In this document: piece by piece, positions 61,380-64,000 of the stretch | How the letters are laid out: each line of letters starts with the position of its first letter | Numbering within the stretch: the first letter of the stretch is position 1 | Assembly (NCBI GenBank): GCA_038087875.1 | Contig: CM075989.1 | Coordinates: 2,976,001-3,040,000 of the forward strand | Direction of reading: 5' to 3' | From: Malacoraja senta | Taxonomy: Eukaryota | DNA length: 64,000 bases | Notes under the pieces: model-generated | Told to the model about the DNA's origin: nothing | Database searches by the model: none | The model's input: the letters and a program-made list of their open reading frames with translations, nothing else | Translations under genes and position numbers: made by a program

Positions 61380-62570
61380 GAGTCATGGAGTCATTCAGCC
61401 CTTTGGCCCAACTTGCCCACACCAACCAACATGTCCCACCTACACTAGTCCCACCTGCCTGTGTTTGGCCCTGTGAATGGCTCGACCATGTATTGTCGTT
61501 CTGCTGACTGGGACAGCACGCAACAAAAGCTTCTCACTGTACCTCGGTACACGTGACACTAAACTAACCTGAACTAAACCTGTCCTATCCATGAACCTGT
61601 CTAATTGTTTCTTAAACGTTACAATAGTCTCTGCCTCCACTACCTCCTCTGGCAGCTCGTTCCATGCACCCACCACCCTCTGTGCTGAATGCAATGCCTT
61701 TGTTAGCACATAATCCACATCCCTCTATTCCCTGCATCTCCATGCACCGATCTAAAAGCTTCTTAAATGTCACTATTGTAGCTGCCTGTGAGAAAAAGGT
61801 TCTGACTGTCTACCCTATCTATGCCTCTCATAATGTCATACACTTCCATCAGGTCTCCCCTCAACCTCTGCGCTCCGGGGAAAACAATCCAAGTCTGTCT
61901 TTATACCTGACACCTTCTCATCCAGGCAGCATTCTGGTAAACCTCCTCTGCATCCTCTCCAAAGCTCCCACATCATTTCTGTAATCTCCAGAGCTGCACA
62001 TAATCCTCCAATTGTAGCCTATCCAAAGTCCTATAAAGCTGCAACGTGACTTCCTGACTCGTTAATGCCCCGGCCAATGTAAGCAAGCATACCATACGAA
62101 TTCTTTACCACTTTATCTACTATATTGGCACTTTCAGGGAGCATAGGACTTGGACCCCAAGATCTCTCTGCATATCACTGCTGTTAAGTGACGCCATTAA
62201 CAGTATACTTTCCCCCTTTCTTGTCACCTATCAAAGTGCAGCACCTCGTACTTGCTCGGATTAAACCCCATAGCCTTTTCTCCACCTGTTTTCCTAGCTG
62301 ATCTGTATCTCACTGTATATTTTGACAGCCTTGCTCACTGTCTGCAAGTCCACCAACTGTGGTGCTGCCTGCAAACTTACTTATGCATCTCCATTCAAGT
62401 CATTTATATATATTTCACAAAGAACAGAGGTCCCAGCACAGACCCCTGCCAAACTCCACTGGTCACAGAATGTCAGCCAGAATAACACCATTCCACCACA
62501 ACCCCCCTCTGTTGTCCAAGAGTAAGGCAGTTCTGGATCCAAATGACAAAGTCGCAATGGATCCCATGCA
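61380..62570 (-). mobile_element. Cluster of old CR1 fragments
   Basis: QRVVGAWNELPEEVVEA; IYINDL RT remnant; HGIH-D---WIQN-L. Confidence 0.7.
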
Positions 62571-62574
62571 CACC

Positions 62575-62857
62575 GAGTCTCTTGCCCAGAATAGGGGAAT
62601 TGGGAACCAGAGGACATAAGTTTAGGTGAAGGGGGAAAGATTTAATAGGAAACTCAGGGGTAACTTTTTCATGGAAAGAGTGGTGGGTGTATGGAACGAG
62701 CTGCTGGAGGCAGGTACTATAGCACGGCTTAAGAAAATATTTAGATAGGTACATCGATAGGATAGGTTTAGAGGGATATGGGCCAAATGGGACATGTTGG
62801 TCAGCATGGGCAAGTTGGGCCGAAGGGCCTGTTTCCACAGTTTGACTCTGACTCTGA
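62575..62857 (+). mobile_element. CR1 3' end
   Basis: Same family as 4235-4592. Confidence 0.85.
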
Positions 62858-63385
62858 TACATCCTTGTCTTGTTGAGGCAGGTCTTCCTGTTAGTACTAA
62901 ATGAGAATGATGTTCAAGTGAGGTTCAATGTGAAATGGACCAGACATGATTGGGAGAGTCTGGTCCATGTGTAGCCAAGTTAAACCATTCAATTGCAGCA
63001 ACGTACAGAGCTGCCACCCTGTGATGCTGATTCACTGCGTTAACTGAAGAGTGTTTGTGGTGTTAGTGACTGTTCCTACGCTGAATGACTCTATGAATGT
63101 CCATAGATCTGTGGCACGTGGGCACACAGATGTGGCCGCTGGTTTAATGGATGCTGGTGTGGGCGGTGCTGTTTGTGAGGTTGGATCTATTGGTGCTGCA
63201 GGTGCTGTGTTTATTGCTCTTGCTGTTATTGTTATTGCTCTTCCTATATAATACTATCAGAAGCTGCTGCAGTTCCCATTGCTCCTCCTAATGTTGTGTG
63301 GTGTTATTTGTTACTGCTGCTCCAGTCCTTATTGCTTCTCTTATTGATATTGCAGCCACTGATCTATTCAATTAATTCCCACAGT

Positions 63386-63657
63386 TGTCATGGAGTCATA
63401 GGGTCATACAGCATGGAAACAGCCCTTCGGCCCAACGTGCCCACACCGATCAACATGTCCCATCTACACTAGTCCCACCTGCCTACATTTGGCCCATATC
63501 CTTCTCAACCTGTGCTATCCATGTACCTGTCTAAATGTTTCTTAGCTGCATCAACTGCCTCCTCTGGCAGCTCGTTCCAAATACCCACCACCCTTTAGTT
63601 ACCCCTCAGGTTTCTATTCATTCTTTCCCCCCTCACCTTAAGCCTATGTCCTCTCGT
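63386..63657 (-). mobile_element. CR1 3' end
   Basis: Reverse complement of the 4235-4592 family. Confidence 0.85.
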
Positions 63658-64000
63658 TCATGTTGATTTTCGAATGTCTTTTTGCTGAAATGCTGTATTG
63701 CCATCACTCGCATTTTCTGATTCTTATTGTGCTGCTGCTGTCTCTTGCTGTGCTGTTGTATTTTTGTTCATTACACCATGGCCGCACCACCTCAGGAAGG
63801 CCTCTGCCGCGCGGCGTGACAATAAAGAACTAAACCAAAGCTGGAGATGCCAGTTTCCCCCGTGTCTCTAAGGCACAAGACAAGGCTTCAGGCCCAACTC
63901 CACACACTCATGCATCGAAGGTTAAGATAACGTCCAGTACAAAGAGAATCCCTTGTCATTGTAGGTAGAATCCTCTGTCCAGACATTAATGATTACCGTC

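Overview
Repeat-dominated, apparently intronic or intergenic vertebrate DNA. The repeat complement (HE1-type V-SINEs sharing a tail with HER1/CR1 LINEs) points to a cartilaginous fish, probably a skate or ray; that assignment is inferred. No host protein-coding gene, rRNA, true tRNA gene or CRISPR array can be supported. Most of the window is decayed and nested mobile DNA: CR1, L2, Rex1/Babar-like, Tx1 and Penelope (RT + GIY-YIG) retroelements, about 30 tRNA-derived SINE copies, PIF/Harbinger-like MITEs and a probable Helitron 5' end, plus satellites and a few repeat-free AT-rich islands that may be enhancers. The strongest signals are RNA-structural. (1) A 138-bp retroposon (27714-27851, minus strand, 12-bp TSD) whose first 54 nt fold into a complete P4-less HDV/CPEB3-like ribozyme starting exactly at the element's 5' end. 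(2) Many minimal hammerhead ribozyme cores inside Penelope-derived terminal repeats and fold-back elements. Coordinates were read by eye, boundaries of decayed repeats are approximate, and family names come from recalled motifs, not database searches.
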